Positions 28,919 to 39,594 of a DNA stretch of 64,000 bases are shown one piece after another. How positions within the stretch are numbered: the stretch's first letter is position 1; every line of letters begins with the position of its first letter. The notes beneath the pieces are model-generated. The model had not been told where the DNA came from and searched no databases. It was given only the letters and a program-made list of their open reading frames with translations. This DNA comes from an uncultured Candidatus Poseidoniales archaeon (GTDB lineage: Archaea; Thermoplasmatota; Poseidoniia; Poseidoniales; Thalassarchaeaceae), in assembly GCA_964556195.1 (NCBI GenBank), contig CAZKVK010000001.1:1180-65179 (forward strand), read 5' to 3'. A program made the translations under genes and the position numbers.

Positions 28919-29740
28919 GTGACAGGTGAAGTCGTCAATATAGCCGGATATCGTTTTGTTGACCTTCCAGACCGTGATCAACTTCGGGCTCCCTTCAAAT
29001 CTACTTGTGACGAAGCAGGGTTGCTGGGTACAATTTTGCTAAGTCATGAGGGAATCAACTTCTTTCTCTCTGGAAATCAATCGGGTATAGACCACTTTAT
29101 GCGATTTCTCGAATCTGACGAGAGGTTCCTAGAGATTCCCCTCAAGGTATCCTATAGCAATATAATGTCATTTAGGAGAATGAATGTAAGATTAAAGAAT
29201 GAAATTATTTCTCTTGGTCTAGATTCAATTCGCCCTACAGAATCAACAGGGGAATCAATCACGCCTAAAGAATTCAAATCATGGTTAGACGAAGGAAGAG
29301 ACATTATCGTCCTAGATACAAGGAATGATTACGAGGTCCGATTGGGTACTTTCGAGGGTGCAATAGACCTCAACTTATCGACTTTCAGAGGGTTTCCTAG
29401 TGCAGTAGCAGATTCTGAAATTGACAAGAATCAGACAGTAGTTATGTTCTGTACGGGAGGTATCCGTTGTGAAAAGGCAAGCGCGGTGATGATGCAGGAA
29501 GGTTGGTCGGATGTCAGACAGTTAGAAGGTGGAATCCTTGGTTACTTCGAAGAGGTTGGCGCAGATCATTGGAACGGCGATTGTTTCGTTTTCGACAGAA
29601 GGGTTGCTCTCGACCCAGCATTGGAGGAAACAACAACTCAGATGTGCTGGGCTTGCCGAGAGCCATTGACGGAAGAAGAGATGGAAAGTGATCAATATGT
29701 CATTGCCAAATCTTGCCCTTATTGCGTCAAGAAAAATTAG
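28919..29740 (+). CDS. trhO: UPF0176/YceA rhodanese-domain protein (TrhO-like tRNA U34 hydroxylase)
   Basis: GTILLSHEGIN, LDTRNDYEVRLGTF, MFCTGGIRCEKAS, LEGGILGYF, WNGDCFVFDRR; GTG start 28919. Confidence 0.85.
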   Translation: MTGEVVNIAGYRFVDLPDRDQLRAPFKSTCDEAGLLGTILLSHEGINFFLSGNQSGIDHFMRFLESDERFLEIPLKVSYSNIMSFRRMNVRLKNEIISLGLDSIRPTESTGESITPKEFKSWLDEGRDIIVLDTRNDYEVRLGTFEGAIDLNLSTFRGFPSAVADSEIDKNQTVVMFCTGGIRCEKASAVMMQEGWSDVRQLEGGILGYFEEVGADHWNGDCFVFDRRVALDPALEETTTQMCWACREPLTEEEMESDQYVIAKSCPYCVKKN

Positions 29741-30222
29741 AACCCTTCTGGGATTTCCATTGGACTGAACAGATGTCCTGGGCTTGTTGCTTCAGCCATC
29801 TGAACTCGTAATCGCATTTCCCAATCCCGAAGTAAGGTTAGTGCTGATGAAAATGGAATCTCCGCACCATTGATGATTACCCTCATCATCGTATCTAGAA
29901 TGTCCATTCTATCTTCATCTAATGTTCCAAGTAGCTTATCCAAAGGAAACGAATCTATTGTTGGTGCACCAAACTCAGTATCAATTTCCCAAGGTTGAGA
30001 TATGTTCACAGGAATTGTTTCACCACTCTGGGATGCAGCCCGTTCGAGTGATTCTAGTAGCACTCTAATGTATTTTGATACCACCAAGGAAACTTCGATT
30101 ACTGGCAAGTTGTATTGCTTGACAAAATTCACCATGTTTTCTTGGAGAAATAGTAATCTTTCCTCGACCGGGGTATCAACCCTTGGCATCTTGGCATTCT
30201 CGTCCACAGTCAATCCACGCAA
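29737..30222 (-). CDS. Hypothetical helical protein
   Basis: 161-aa ORF co-directional with and 33 nt downstream of the giant repeat protein; start uncertain. Confidence 0.7.
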   Translation of the reverse strand: MRGLTVDENAKMPRVDTPVEERLLFLQENMVNFVKQYNLPVIEVSLVVSKYIRVLLESLERAASQSGETIPVNISQPWEIDTEFGAPTIDSFPLDKLLGTLDEDRMDILDTMMRVIINGAEIPFSSALTLLRDWEMRLRVQMAEATSPGHLFSPMEIPEGF

Positions 30223-30255
30223 ACCTTACTGATGAAGAAACCGAATAGGTTGCCC

Positions 30256-33200
30256 TCAATTTGTTGTTCGGTCATCATATCGAATCGGAGAACCTGAATT
30301 ACCGCGAACTCCGTCCAACATATCATCCTCGATTTCGAAGTAATCGTTGGCCCAATCGCCATCTGTATCCCAATTTGTTGGGTCTGTTCCGTCGGCAATT
30401 TGGTCTCCATCTATATCAATTATCCACCAACCCCAAACAAATTCGCCCAAACCGGTGTTTGGATAGTGGTATCGGTCTCCAGCAAAGCGTTGGTAATTGT
30501 CTGTCCAAGCACCGTTGACCAGAATCTCGTCATCTGACTCATCTAGGTATTGATAATCCACATCATTATCATTTACGATGTAGGCGTAGAGTAAATCCTC
30601 ATTATTGACTTTGTACATTCTCATGTAATTACTCTGTAACGCAGCAACGCCCCCACATGTTCCAAGCAGTGATTCTCTTAGTTGCCACCACTCCTGGACG
30701 ATATTACCGGAACAATCGTAGAGGTTGGCCTGTCGAACCAATGTTGGCGAGGAAAGGGTTGCATTTACAACTCCGTAATATTCTTGGAAATTATTGTAGG
30801 GAACATAGACACAGTTTCCTCCTGTGCAATCCCAACCCCCATCATTGTCTGCATCTTGACCGGCGTCGCTAGGATCTGTGGCGTCGTGGGTGAACCAGGT
30901 ATACTCGAGATCCGGTCTAGCGATGGAGCCTCCATTGACTGTAACCGGTTTCAAAACATTCGGGGTTACTTGATACCAGACTACGGAGATTTCTAGATAA
31001 GATGACCAATTATCGTTGGTCTCATTCCAGCCTCTATAATACTCGTAAAAGTCAGGCATCATATCTCCGTCGGTATCATTGTCAAGAGGATTAGTTCCAT
31101 ATTTGAACACCTCACGACCATCTGAAAGATTGAGATTCTGCAGATAATCAACTACTATACCACCGCTGAATACAGGCTCCATTACCATTGAATCGTCATC
31201 ACTATCCAAATCTAATGGATGAGTTCCGTTATTGTATTCCATTAGGTTAGTGAAGTACAACTCAGAGTTTGAAGGGAGAATTTGCTGATTGGCGCGAGCT
31301 GGTGTGAATTCTCTATTTTCCCAAACACCTTGTTCAGCCGGTGTGTCAAAAATTGTTTTGTCATACCAACCATCGGCATCTGGGTCATAATCAATATCCA
31401 ATGGGTTTAGCGGGTTTAGTGACCAGCGATAGTCGTTAACTGGTAGCCATTCTCCGTAGATTGAGTAGCAGAATTCCCAACCATCGGGCAGGCCATCGCT
31501 ATCGGAGTCTGGATGTGTTGGATCGGAAACACCGGCTAGACTGAAATTGAAATTATCTGGATCTATGGCATTAATCAGCCCGACTCTATCACTTGATTCG
31601 ATATCCTTGGTCGAAAATAGAATCCACAATTGATCTGCTGCTGCCTGCTCAGACATGCCTCTTTCTTGCATGTATGCAGTGATGGTATCCTGACCGTAAG
31701 ATACCAAACCTGTTCCATTTGGAATTGTATCAATAGCCGAGCGCTTACCATATACACGAGCATCATACTCAGCCAAGTTATCGAATGATTCAGAATCCGA
31801 AATATACCCATCTCCATTACAATCGAATGAATCATCATCACTATCAACATGAATATCGGTATCTGTGAGTGGATTCATTGTCCAAATGTTATCTTCCAAA
31901 TCCCATTCCGTAAACCAATACTCGTATCCATCACTCATACCGTCTCGATCGGTATCATCAGAATTTGGATCGGTTATCCCTAGTAAAGCAAGAAGAAGGG
32001 GTTTGGCCGGTTCCCCATTTTGCCAATCATCGAATTGCTCTAGTGCAATCTCAGCTCTACCTTCCTTATTGAAGAGAATACGATAGACACGATTTACAGC
32101 TTCATCGGGGTCTAGAGATTCCGCCTCTTCCCATAATCTAGGTGCGTCGGGAGGTGATAGGCCACCATTCTGTGGATTTTTGTTAGTAAGGTTCAGTTCT
32201 ACTAAGTCTGTGATTCCATCGCGGTCTGAATCGTAGTTGCCATCACCAGCAACCAGTGGATTTAGTGTCCAGGTCTCATCGGTTGCATTCCATCTAGTGA
32301 ACATTAATTCAATTCCATCGAGCAACCCATCTCCATCTGTATCGGGTTCATTGGGGTCGGCAGTATACCCTCTGAGTTGTATGTCTTCTTCACTGAGGAA
32401 TGTTCCAAAGGATAGCGTCGATTCTGCCGACAACCAAGGAGTAGCGAGCAATTCACCCCCGACATGTAGCAAGTAGAATTGAGGAACTGTTGTAAGGTCG
32501 TCTATTTCACTTAAATTGCCATCAATAACGTTGTACTCTTCCCAATTATTCATGCCGTCTCCATCGGGATCTCCAACCTGGTCTCCTTCATTCACAGGAT
32601 TTAATGTCCAAGACTCATCGTACAAACTCCAACGTGCGTGGTAGAATTCCCATCCATCTGGAATACCATCTCTATCCGAATCAGAATCAAGAGGATTAGC
32701 GGCACCGACGTCCTCACTGGTTGTGCTATTAACTAGGCTACGATACGCTGTGCTAGTTTGGGCTCCGAACGAATCCCCAGCAAAGCCTAACCAGGATTCG
32801 TGAGTAAGTAAAGTTGTGAAATTTTCAGGGAAATTGAGACCGGAATCGGTTCTATCTGAATAGATGATTTGGTCCTTAAGGTGGTATTCAAGCCAATTCA
32901 CAAGACTCTCATTTAGATCTAAGATTCCATCATGGTTGACATCAAAACCGTCTCCATCTGGGTTGTTTAGAGCATCTGAACCATTTAGTGGATTAATTCC
33001 ACGATTATTTCTACCCCATGTACATTGATAACGAGCCTCCCAACCATCTGGTAAGGAATCACCATCCGAATCAGGATTATTTGGATCAGTCTTCGTCCAA
33101 CTCTGAGCCGCGCTAGCGTTTTCTCCGTGAGTCGGTAAACCCTCTAATGACACAATTTCCACATAGAGACCCCAGTTGTATTCACAGAGATTATCCAAGC

Positions 33201-35988
33201 CATCTCCGTCGGCATCCATGGTTGCATCGGAGGGATCTCTCGGATCTAGTGTCCAAAGGTTACCACCAGTGTATACATCCCCAATCCAGCGGCGATGTTC
33301 AATTTCCCAGCCATCTGGCATTCCATCTCCGTCGCTGTCTAAACTGGTTGGGTCTGTAGGGCCGTCAGTGCCCCCTCCAGCGCCAGAGTTTAACCAGCCT
33401 GAGAGGTGGACCTCTAGAGCATCCTCTCCAACTTCATCATCACAAATATATTCCTCGTTTAGGTAATGGCATGAGAAATCTGTAGAGTCTGCAAACCAAC
33501 CCCAATATTCCTCTCCATCGGTTAAACCATCACCATCAGTGTCGATGTTTCTTGGATCTGTGCCATTGAAGCCTCCTTCACTTATGTTGATGAATCTATA
33601 CTCGTCGAGGTTGGACCATTCACGGTTGAAACTGATTCCATCAATATCGAAAAACACTCCATCCGCATCTGCATCCCTAAATCGATCATATGGGTCTGTG
33701 GGGTCAAGCCCATAGGCAAACTCCCACCCATCGGGCATTCCATCTAAGTCAGAATCGATAGATTGAGGATTTATTGGCATGATGTTCATGTATTCACCAG
33801 GAGAAACTCCTGCAAACAAATACTGGTTACCATCGTGAATGAAGGTAGTTAGCGAAATGACAAGCCCCGGCAACCTTGTTTGGTTTTCAAAAATCCCTAG
33901 GACGCCTTGAGAACCCCCCTCGAGAGCCCATGTTCCGTCCCTTGAACCTAACAATATCTGTCCATCTATTGCGTGAATAGAATGGATGTCGTTGGCACCT
34001 TCTTCCCAGCGTTCTAGATTGAACATTCGATCGGTGTTGAAGGCCTGTTTCGGAAGCCCGACAAACAGATCTAAATCAATCAAGTGGATTCCACCCGGTG
34101 TTCCAAGCCAAACTCCAGTAACTTCCTCTAATGAGCCGTCTGTAGCTACTGGCCCTGCTAGTTCCATGACATTAACCACTGCCGACTTTGATTGATTCAG
34201 TAGGTCAGCAAATTGAACATATTCTTCTGCGTCTTCTGTTGTGTAAATCCAGAAAGGTTGACCTATCGAAGGAGTGCCATCAGTGGTATCCCAGCGAATC
34301 ATACCACTATCTGTTCCAACAATCATCATTGGGCCTCTACCGGCCATAGGAACGTGGATTACTTCTGTGAATGAGGCATCGGCCTCGTCTAACATTTCTG
34401 TAAGTTCTTCTATTGCAGTGGCTTCGGTAAAGTCTGGATTGCCAATTCCAGAGGATGGTTCCGAAATTGTTATTCTCCACGCCTTTGAGCCGTGTCCAAG
34501 TATAATCAAATCCAAATCCCCGCTACCAGTTTGTAGAGGTTCAATGACTTGAATAGGCCCTAAGTTGGATTCCGTCAATGTTTCCATCTGTGGTAAGCCA
34601 TTTTCAAGAATTAGCGAATGAATCCCATGGTTGGTTCCTAAGATTAGGTAATCTACAGAGGATGGATTCCAACGCATCATGGTAAACATTTCCATACCAC
34701 TCGGTAAATCAAAAGTCGTAGATATGCCACCAAATGGATCGATTGCCGTTATTCCATAAGCAGAACCAACCAATAGGCGATCTCGTGGATTATCAGATAG
34801 AACGGTGTGTACTCTTCCATCCACCAACATAGGGTTAGTTCCTTGGTCGAATAGCATAATTTCATCAGATTGACCAGTTAAGATGGTGCCTCTTAATCCA
34901 GAACGGACCCAGTGACCGCTATCCATGTGAATCAAATATTCCTCATAATTGCTGAAAGCCTCCCCCCAGCGAGCGGTTGCAATTGATGAATCAGGAATGA
35001 TAAAACCGTCTCGATCTAAATCCCAACCATCTGAATCTGAGTCCAACGTTGCATCGCTTGCATTTCTTGGATCAAGACCATGGTATGCCTCCCAACCGTC
35101 AGGGATTCCATCTCCGGGCACTGCCAGACTGGTTGGAATTAATTCACTCCAAGTATAATGATCGGAGTCCATGCGACGAGGGTCACTACCCAACCATCCA
35201 TCGTCGCCAGTCGGCCTCTGAATCTCATCTTGACAGGCGTCAGGATGTAGATTGGGCATTTTTCCAGCACACCACAAACCATCCCTCTCAGTGAGCCAAT
35301 CTGTTGGTGTGCCGAACCAATATTCTTCGGAATTAGTGTATCTTTCATCGAGATCTATTTCACCGTCTCGATTTACATCAAAACCATCCCCACAACCCCA
35401 TTCACTAGCCTGTTCGGTGCATAAATCCGCATCTTCAAGTGCATCCGAATCGTCCAATGGATCAAAGTAAAGACAATGCCATTCACTAGTGGCTTGATTT
35501 TGATAACCTGCTCCTCCTTCTGTACACATGTAGATTTCATATCCGTCTGGAAGACCATCGCCGTCGGTATCTGATTCTCTAGGGTCAAGATATTCCCTAA
35601 ATCCGGATTCGGTTTCATCCGGAGATTTACCAGTCAATGAGAGACGCTCTGTAAAGCAGGTTTCTAATGTCCATGGCCAACAATATTCCATCAGAGCGCT
35701 CGCTCCATCTCTATCAAAGTCGGTAACGTTATCCGAACCATTCATTGGATCTAATCCCTCAACTACAACAACTCCAAACGGAGTGTCGATATGTCTTGCT
35801 TCGCCAAAAATCACTTCGTGGATATCGGGGATTAAATCTTCATCCTGATCTACAGCCATCGGCCCAGAACCCGGTAAATCTGGCGGGTCCACGGATGACA
35901 CTGGTGCCTGTGGTCGAGTTTGAGAAACGAATAACAGACTACTCAAAATCAACAATGTGACGAAGAACGCAGTTTGCTTGCGTCGCAT
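30256..35988 (-). CDS. Giant exported Ca-binding protein with TSP3-like DxDxDG repeats and an inserted beta-propeller-like region
   Basis: Signal peptide MRRKQTAFFVTLLIL; about 20 D[ST]DxDG[LMI]xD[GW]xE / [LM][DN]P units; central region with repeated hydrophobic-GT-x-x-G motifs. Confidence 0.85.
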   Translation of the reverse strand: MRRKQTAFFVTLLILSSLLFVSQTRPQAPVSSVDPPDLPGSGPMAVDQDEDLIPDIHEVIFGEARHIDTPFGVVVVEGLDPMNGSDNVTDFDRDGASALMEYCWPWTLETCFTERLSLTGKSPDETESGFREYLDPRESDTDGDGLPDGYEIYMCTEGGAGYQNQATSEWHCLYFDPLDDSDALEDADLCTEQASEWGCGDGFDVNRDGEIDLDERYTNSEEYWFGTPTDWLTERDGLWCAGKMPNLHPDACQDEIQRPTGDDGWLGSDPRRMDSDHYTWSELIPTSLAVPGDGIPDGWEAYHGLDPRNASDATLDSDSDGWDLDRDGFIIPDSSIATARWGEAFSNYEEYLIHMDSGHWVRSGLRGTILTGQSDEIMLFDQGTNPMLVDGRVHTVLSDNPRDRLLVGSAYGITAIDPFGGISTTFDLPSGMEMFTMMRWNPSSVDYLILGTNHGIHSLILENGLPQMETLTESNLGPIQVIEPLQTGSGDLDLIILGHGSKAWRITISEPSSGIGNPDFTEATAIEELTEMLDEADASFTEVIHVPMAGRGPMMIVGTDSGMIRWDTTDGTPSIGQPFWIYTTEDAEEYVQFADLLNQSKSAVVNVMELAGPVATDGSLEEVTGVWLGTPGGIHLIDLDLFVGLPKQAFNTDRMFNLERWEEGANDIHSIHAIDGQILLGSRDGTWALEGGSQGVLGIFENQTRLPGLVISLTTFIHDGNQYLFAGVSPGEYMNIMPINPQSIDSDLDGMPDGWEFAYGLDPTDPYDRFRDADADGVFFDIDGISFNREWSNLDEYRFINISEGGFNGTDPRNIDTDGDGLTDGEEYWGWFADSTDFSCHYLNEEYICDDEVGEDALEVHLSGWLNSGAGGGTDGPTDPTSLDSDGDGMPDGWEIEHRRWIGDVYTGGNLWTLDPRDPSDATMDADGDGLDNLCEYNWGLYVEIVSLEGLPTHGENASAAQSWTKTDPNNPDSDGDSLPDGWEARYQCTWGRNNRGINPLNGSDALNNPDGDGFDVNHDGILDLNESLVNWLEYHLKDQIIYSDRTDSGLNFPENFTTLLTHESWLGFAGDSFGAQTSTAYRSLVNSTTSEDVGAANPLDSDSDRDGIPDGWEFYHARWSLYDESWTLNPVNEGDQVGDPDGDGMNNWEEYNVIDGNLSEIDDLTTVPQFYLLHVGGELLATPWLSAESTLSFGTFLSEEDIQLRGYTADPNEPDTDGDGLLDGIELMFTRWNATDETWTLNPLVAGDGNYDSDRDGITDLVELNLTNKNPQNGGLSPPDAPRLWEEAESLDPDEAVNRVYRILFNKEGRAEIALEQFDDWQNGEPAKPLLLALLGITDPNSDDTDRDGMSDGYEYWFTEWDLEDNIWTMNPLTDTDIHVDSDDDSFDCNGDGYISDSESFDNLAEYDARVYGKRSAIDTIPNGTGLVSYGQDTITAYMQERGMSEQAAADQLWILFSTKDIESSDRVGLINAIDPDNFNFSLAGVSDPTHPDSDSDGLPDGWEFCYSIYGEWLPVNDYRWSLNPLNPLDIDYDPDADGWYDKTIFDTPAEQGVWENREFTPARANQQILPSNSELYFTNLMEYNNGTHPLDLDSDDDSMVMEPVFSGGIVVDYLQNLNLSDGREVFKYGTNPLDNDTDGDMMPDFYEYYRGWNETNDNWSSYLEISVVWYQVTPNVLKPVTVNGGSIARPDLEYTWFTHDATDPSDAGQDADNDGGWDCTGGNCVYVPYNNFQEYYGVVNATLSSPTLVRQANLYDCSGNIVQEWWQLRESLLGTCGGVAALQSNYMRMYKVNNEDLLYAYIVNDNDVDYQYLDESDDEILVNGAWTDNYQRFAGDRYHYPNTGLGEFVWGWWIIDIDGDQIADGTDPTNWDTDGDWANDYFEIEDDMLDGVRGNSGSPIRYDDRTTN

Positions 35989-36079
35989 GGTATGACCTCT
36001 GGTGGACATTCATCAGCGCTCTTGTTTGACTTATGACGGTGATGGAGCGTCGTTCGGACACTAACCCTGTACAATTGCC

Positions 36080-36096
36080 CGACGGCTCCGCCGTCG
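36080..36096. repeat. Inverted repeat CGACGGC-TCC-GCCGTCG (GGA loop on minus strand)
   Basis: 7-bp stem in a divergent intergenic region. Confidence 0.85.
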
Positions 36097-36188
36097 CGTA
36101 CGTGAGAGAGGTGTGAATTGTGGACGATTGGGGCTATCATTTGGGGTTGCATTGAAGACCTTACGGCCGCGCCCTGCAAACTGGTTTT

Positions 36189-36989
36189 ATGAGCTTGGAG
36201 ATAACACACCTAGGGAGTGGTAGTCGTGGAAATGCCACACTGATCTCGACAGGTGATACAAGAGTCATTGTGGATTGTGGATTTTCTCTAAAACAGATGG
36301 AAGAACGATTGGCTTTGGCGGGCGTCAAAGCATCTTCAATAGATGCAATTATCGTAAGTCATCATCACTCGGACCATTCCAAATCTGCTGCGCGGGCCTC
36401 CAAAAAATGGGATGCGAGATTATACTCAAATCTTGAGACGACCATGCGGTTGGGATTAGAACCTATTTCAGAAGTTAGAACCTTTGAAGGACTGGAAAGA
36501 TTGCATATCTCCGACGACTTAAGCCTCCTACCTGTGCCTGTACCTCATGATGATGCAGATAATGTTGCAATTATTGCAAGTAATGGAGACGGAAGGCGAG
36601 CCGCTATTGTCACTGATTTAGGAGAGCCGACTATTGAATTAATGAAACATTTAGCAGGATGTGAACACATCTCTATCGAGGCTAATTATGACCTGAATAG
36701 ATTAATTTCGGGCCCATATCCTCCCTCTTTAAAGAAGCGAATATCAGGGCGAGGGGGGCACCTTTCAAATCAACAAACCGCTGATATATTGGCTGAAATT
36801 TTACACCCTAAATTGACTAGCATAGTACTCTGCCACCTTTCTGAGAAAAATAACGCGCCACACCTAGCAGAATCCGAAGTTTTGCACCAAATTGGAGAGA
36901 AATTCAATGGCGTTCTTTCAATTTCTAAACAAGAAGGACCAGAGTTTTCTAATTGGCTTGGAAAGGGTGAATTAGAACAAATTAATTGA
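36189..36989 (+). CDS. MBL-fold metallo-hydrolase, YycJ/WalJ-like
   Basis: LGSGSRGNATL, VDCG, SHHHSDH, TDLG, IEANYD, GPYP...KKRISGRGGHLSN, LCHLSEKNN. Confidence 0.9.
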   Translation: MSLEITHLGSGSRGNATLISTGDTRVIVDCGFSLKQMEERLALAGVKASSIDAIIVSHHHSDHSKSAARASKKWDARLYSNLETTMRLGLEPISEVRTFEGLERLHISDDLSLLPVPVPHDDADNVAIIASNGDGRRAAIVTDLGEPTIELMKHLAGCEHISIEANYDLNRLISGPYPPSLKKRISGRGGHLSNQQTADILAEILHPKLTSIVLCHLSEKNNAPHLAESEVLHQIGEKFNGVLSISKQEGPEFSNWLGKGELEQIN

Positions 36990-37007
36990 AGTATTTGACA
37001 TTGCAAA

Positions 37008-39560
37008 TCAATGACCCATAATTGCTCGATGTACTGCAGTTTGGACATCTCGCATTCGGTCAACAGCGCCTAATTCACGAAATACTGTGAGGGAACGTTG
37101 AAGATAATTCATTCGTGCAGAACGATCACTTTCTACCTCACCTAACCTAGCCAGTAATTCACCTTGTAACAATCTGAAATCATTAGCTTCAGCAACCGCA
37201 AGACCATCCAAGTAACGCTCTGCGGCTTCGGATTTTCGACCTGCATCGCTGAGCACTTGGCCAAGTAACATTTCAACCTCGACTGCACTGTGTGGGTCTG
37301 TTGCTTCAGAGAGGATTTCCAATGCGGCCGAATAGTGAAGTAAAGCTAAATCATTATCCTTCATTCGAGCATAATATCTACCCAATACAGCCCTGCTTCG
37401 AGCATGAAGTGCATCCATTCCATTGTCCTTTGTTCCGTCGTGTGCGGCCATTGCATGATCTCTAGCTCGATCTAATTCACCCATCTCTAGGAAGGCTGAT
37501 GCAAGCCGTACTCTGGCATCCATCAAACTTGGATGTGTTTCTGCGTCAAGCAATTCTTCCACATTTCCATAGACTTCCAAAGCGTGTCTAGTATCTCTAC
37601 GTCGACGGAAAATATATCCCATGTTGATGTAGGATCTTGAGGCACCAACAGCATCTCTTTTTGCAATTTGAATTTCTAATGCTTGACGGTGTAATTCGAG
37701 GGCGTCATCCATCGCCCCTCGTTTAATCGCGATATCAGCACGAGCAGAAAGTAATCTGGCAAGTGTCTCTGCTTCCTTGTGCTTTTTTGCGGTTGGAATT
37801 GCCGCCGCGTATTCTTCTTCAGCCTCATCCCATCGACCCTGTATTGAGAGAATATCACCTCTAAGTTCACGAATTAGACCCCATTGAATAGCATTGAATC
37901 CATCCGATTCCAGACCTCGCAGAATACCTAGCAGTTCGATATGTCCAGACTTAACCAACTCTCTACCATCCTTTTGTAAGACATCGGCAAGAGTATCCAT
38001 ATCTCCCGAGGCATTTAGATGATGGATAAACTCAATCTTCTCTACTGCAGTTTCAGTCCTTGTTCGATACCATTCTACAGCGTTGCTATGCAATTGTGCC
38101 TTCAATGATTCATCCATAGAGCGGACAAGGAATTCACGCACTAAATCGTGAACATCATAGTAATCTGAGTCAATCCTTCTGGCTAGTCCTTTCTCCACCA
38201 AGTCGTCCAGTAAATCCAAATCAGCATCTAAGGTACTCAGTGACTGCAATGGCATCGGTTCTCGAAATACCGCGATAGCACCGAGGAGTCGTTTTTGTGG
38301 ACCTGATAATTTGCTAAAAATTTCCTTCTCAACAAAAGCCTCTAGGGTTGAGTGGAAGGTTTCTCCAACACTACCTCTGTTAATCAATTCGAGGACCAAT
38401 GGATGGCCTCTCGATAAAGTATAGATGTGAAGGAATTGTTGAAGATCGATGTCCGGCATAGCTGTCAGAATTTGTCTGCTAGAATCTTGGTCTAGCCCCT
38501 CAAGTGGTAGAAAATGTGCTACCAAGTTGCCACTCGAATCATTTTCAGGAACTACCATTCTAAATGAACGAGAGAACATTACCAGACCCAATTCATCGGC
38601 TTCGGGCACACGTAGAGTTAGACCTCGAAGAATCGCCACGAAGTTCTCATCCGCTACCTTGTGTAAGTCATCTATCACGATGAGGGCGGGAGCATTTTTC
38701 AGAGCCTCGACGATAATGTTGACTGCCATGGTAACTTGTGGGACTGGTGTTGAGGATACATAATCGCTAAGATCGTTGTTTCCTATCATTGCGAGCCATT
38801 CCGAACAGGCCTCTAGAAACGCTCTGGAACCTTCCCAATCCTGACATCTATGATAAAGTAGATTTCTTCGGTGGGTAAAACGCTCTAGCAATTTGGCCGC
38901 TAGTGCTGTTTTTCCAATCCCGGCGATACCAGGAACAAGCAGTGTTGTAGATTCTGATTCCAAAATATTGGCCATTCTGGCGATTTCATCGCTCCGCCCA
39001 TAGAATCGCCGCAATCTTGGTAGGTCATTCAGGGAATTCACTAGTTGTTTCTCAATATGTTTTGATAGATCCCTTTCTATCAAATCCGGTGATAGTGTAG
39101 ACAGGTCTAGTGTACCGGAATCATCTAGATATCTCAGAATATCGACGTGTCTTAGTGGGAGTTCGGTACTCTCTAAGGCGGTTTGAAGGTCTAGATTTTC
39201 AGCTCTCCCATCTGGATGAATTAATCGAACGGGTTGTTCACTGGCCTTATCCCAGATGCTATCTGCTAGGCTTACCCCTTCGGAAGTTAGAAAGTAGGCT
39301 TTCCTTTTCCGCGATACTCCTGTGACGTGAGCCTGTCTTTCAATTAGATGGCCCGATTCCTTCATTCCAGAAATTGCTCGAGGTACGTTTGATCGCGCAA
39401 TGGAGACTGCATTCGCAATACCCATTTGAGAAATCGCAAATGGCACCTCGACTTTGTCAGCGTAATCCACATAATCTCTGAGATGAAGTAAAATTCGTTC
39501 CTGAACGCCAGGACGTGTCGTAGCCATGGACGCCATTGTACTAGGTGCGATTCCACTCAC
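37008..39560 (-). CDS. wHTH + STAND (NB-ARC-like) ATPase + TPR protein
   Basis: N-terminal HTH (ISQMGIANAVSIARSNVPRAI), Walker A GIAGIGKT, Walker B LIVIDD, GHPLVL, VHDLVR, TPR helices; start may be a downstream ATG. Confidence 0.85.
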   Translation of the reverse strand: MSGIAPSTMASMATTRPGVQERILLHLRDYVDYADKVEVPFAISQMGIANAVSIARSNVPRAISGMKESGHLIERQAHVTGVSRKRKAYFLTSEGVSLADSIWDKASEQPVRLIHPDGRAENLDLQTALESTELPLRHVDILRYLDDSGTLDLSTLSPDLIERDLSKHIEKQLVNSLNDLPRLRRFYGRSDEIARMANILESESTTLLVPGIAGIGKTALAAKLLERFTHRRNLLYHRCQDWEGSRAFLEACSEWLAMIGNNDLSDYVSSTPVPQVTMAVNIIVEALKNAPALIVIDDLHKVADENFVAILRGLTLRVPEADELGLVMFSRSFRMVVPENDSSGNLVAHFLPLEGLDQDSSRQILTAMPDIDLQQFLHIYTLSRGHPLVLELINRGSVGETFHSTLEAFVEKEIFSKLSGPQKRLLGAIAVFREPMPLQSLSTLDADLDLLDDLVEKGLARRIDSDYYDVHDLVREFLVRSMDESLKAQLHSNAVEWYRTRTETAVEKIEFIHHLNASGDMDTLADVLQKDGRELVKSGHIELLGILRGLESDGFNAIQWGLIRELRGDILSIQGRWDEAEEEYAAAIPTAKKHKEAETLARLLSARADIAIKRGAMDDALELHRQALEIQIAKRDAVGASRSYINMGYIFRRRRDTRHALEVYGNVEELLDAETHPSLMDARVRLASAFLEMGELDRARDHAMAAHDGTKDNGMDALHARSRAVLGRYYARMKDNDLALLHYSAALEILSEATDPHSAVEVEMLLGQVLSDAGRKSEAAERYLDGLAVAEANDFRLLQGELLARLGEVESDRSARMNYLQRSLTVFRELGAVDRMRDVQTAVHRAIMGH

Positions 39561-39594
39561 TCAAGAAATTAACCGAACGGCGGACTATATTGCT

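Noticed and set aside
30256..35988. CRISPR array or DNA tandem repeats
   Set aside because: The repetition is at protein level with divergent codons; no identical spaced direct repeats and no cas genes were seen in the window
36189..39560. MBL hydrolase plus STAND ATPase as an Avs1-like antiviral system
   Set aside because: The genes are convergent, the MBL is a typical YycJ/WalJ housekeeping type, and the STAND protein has an HTH rather than a protease or nuclease effector
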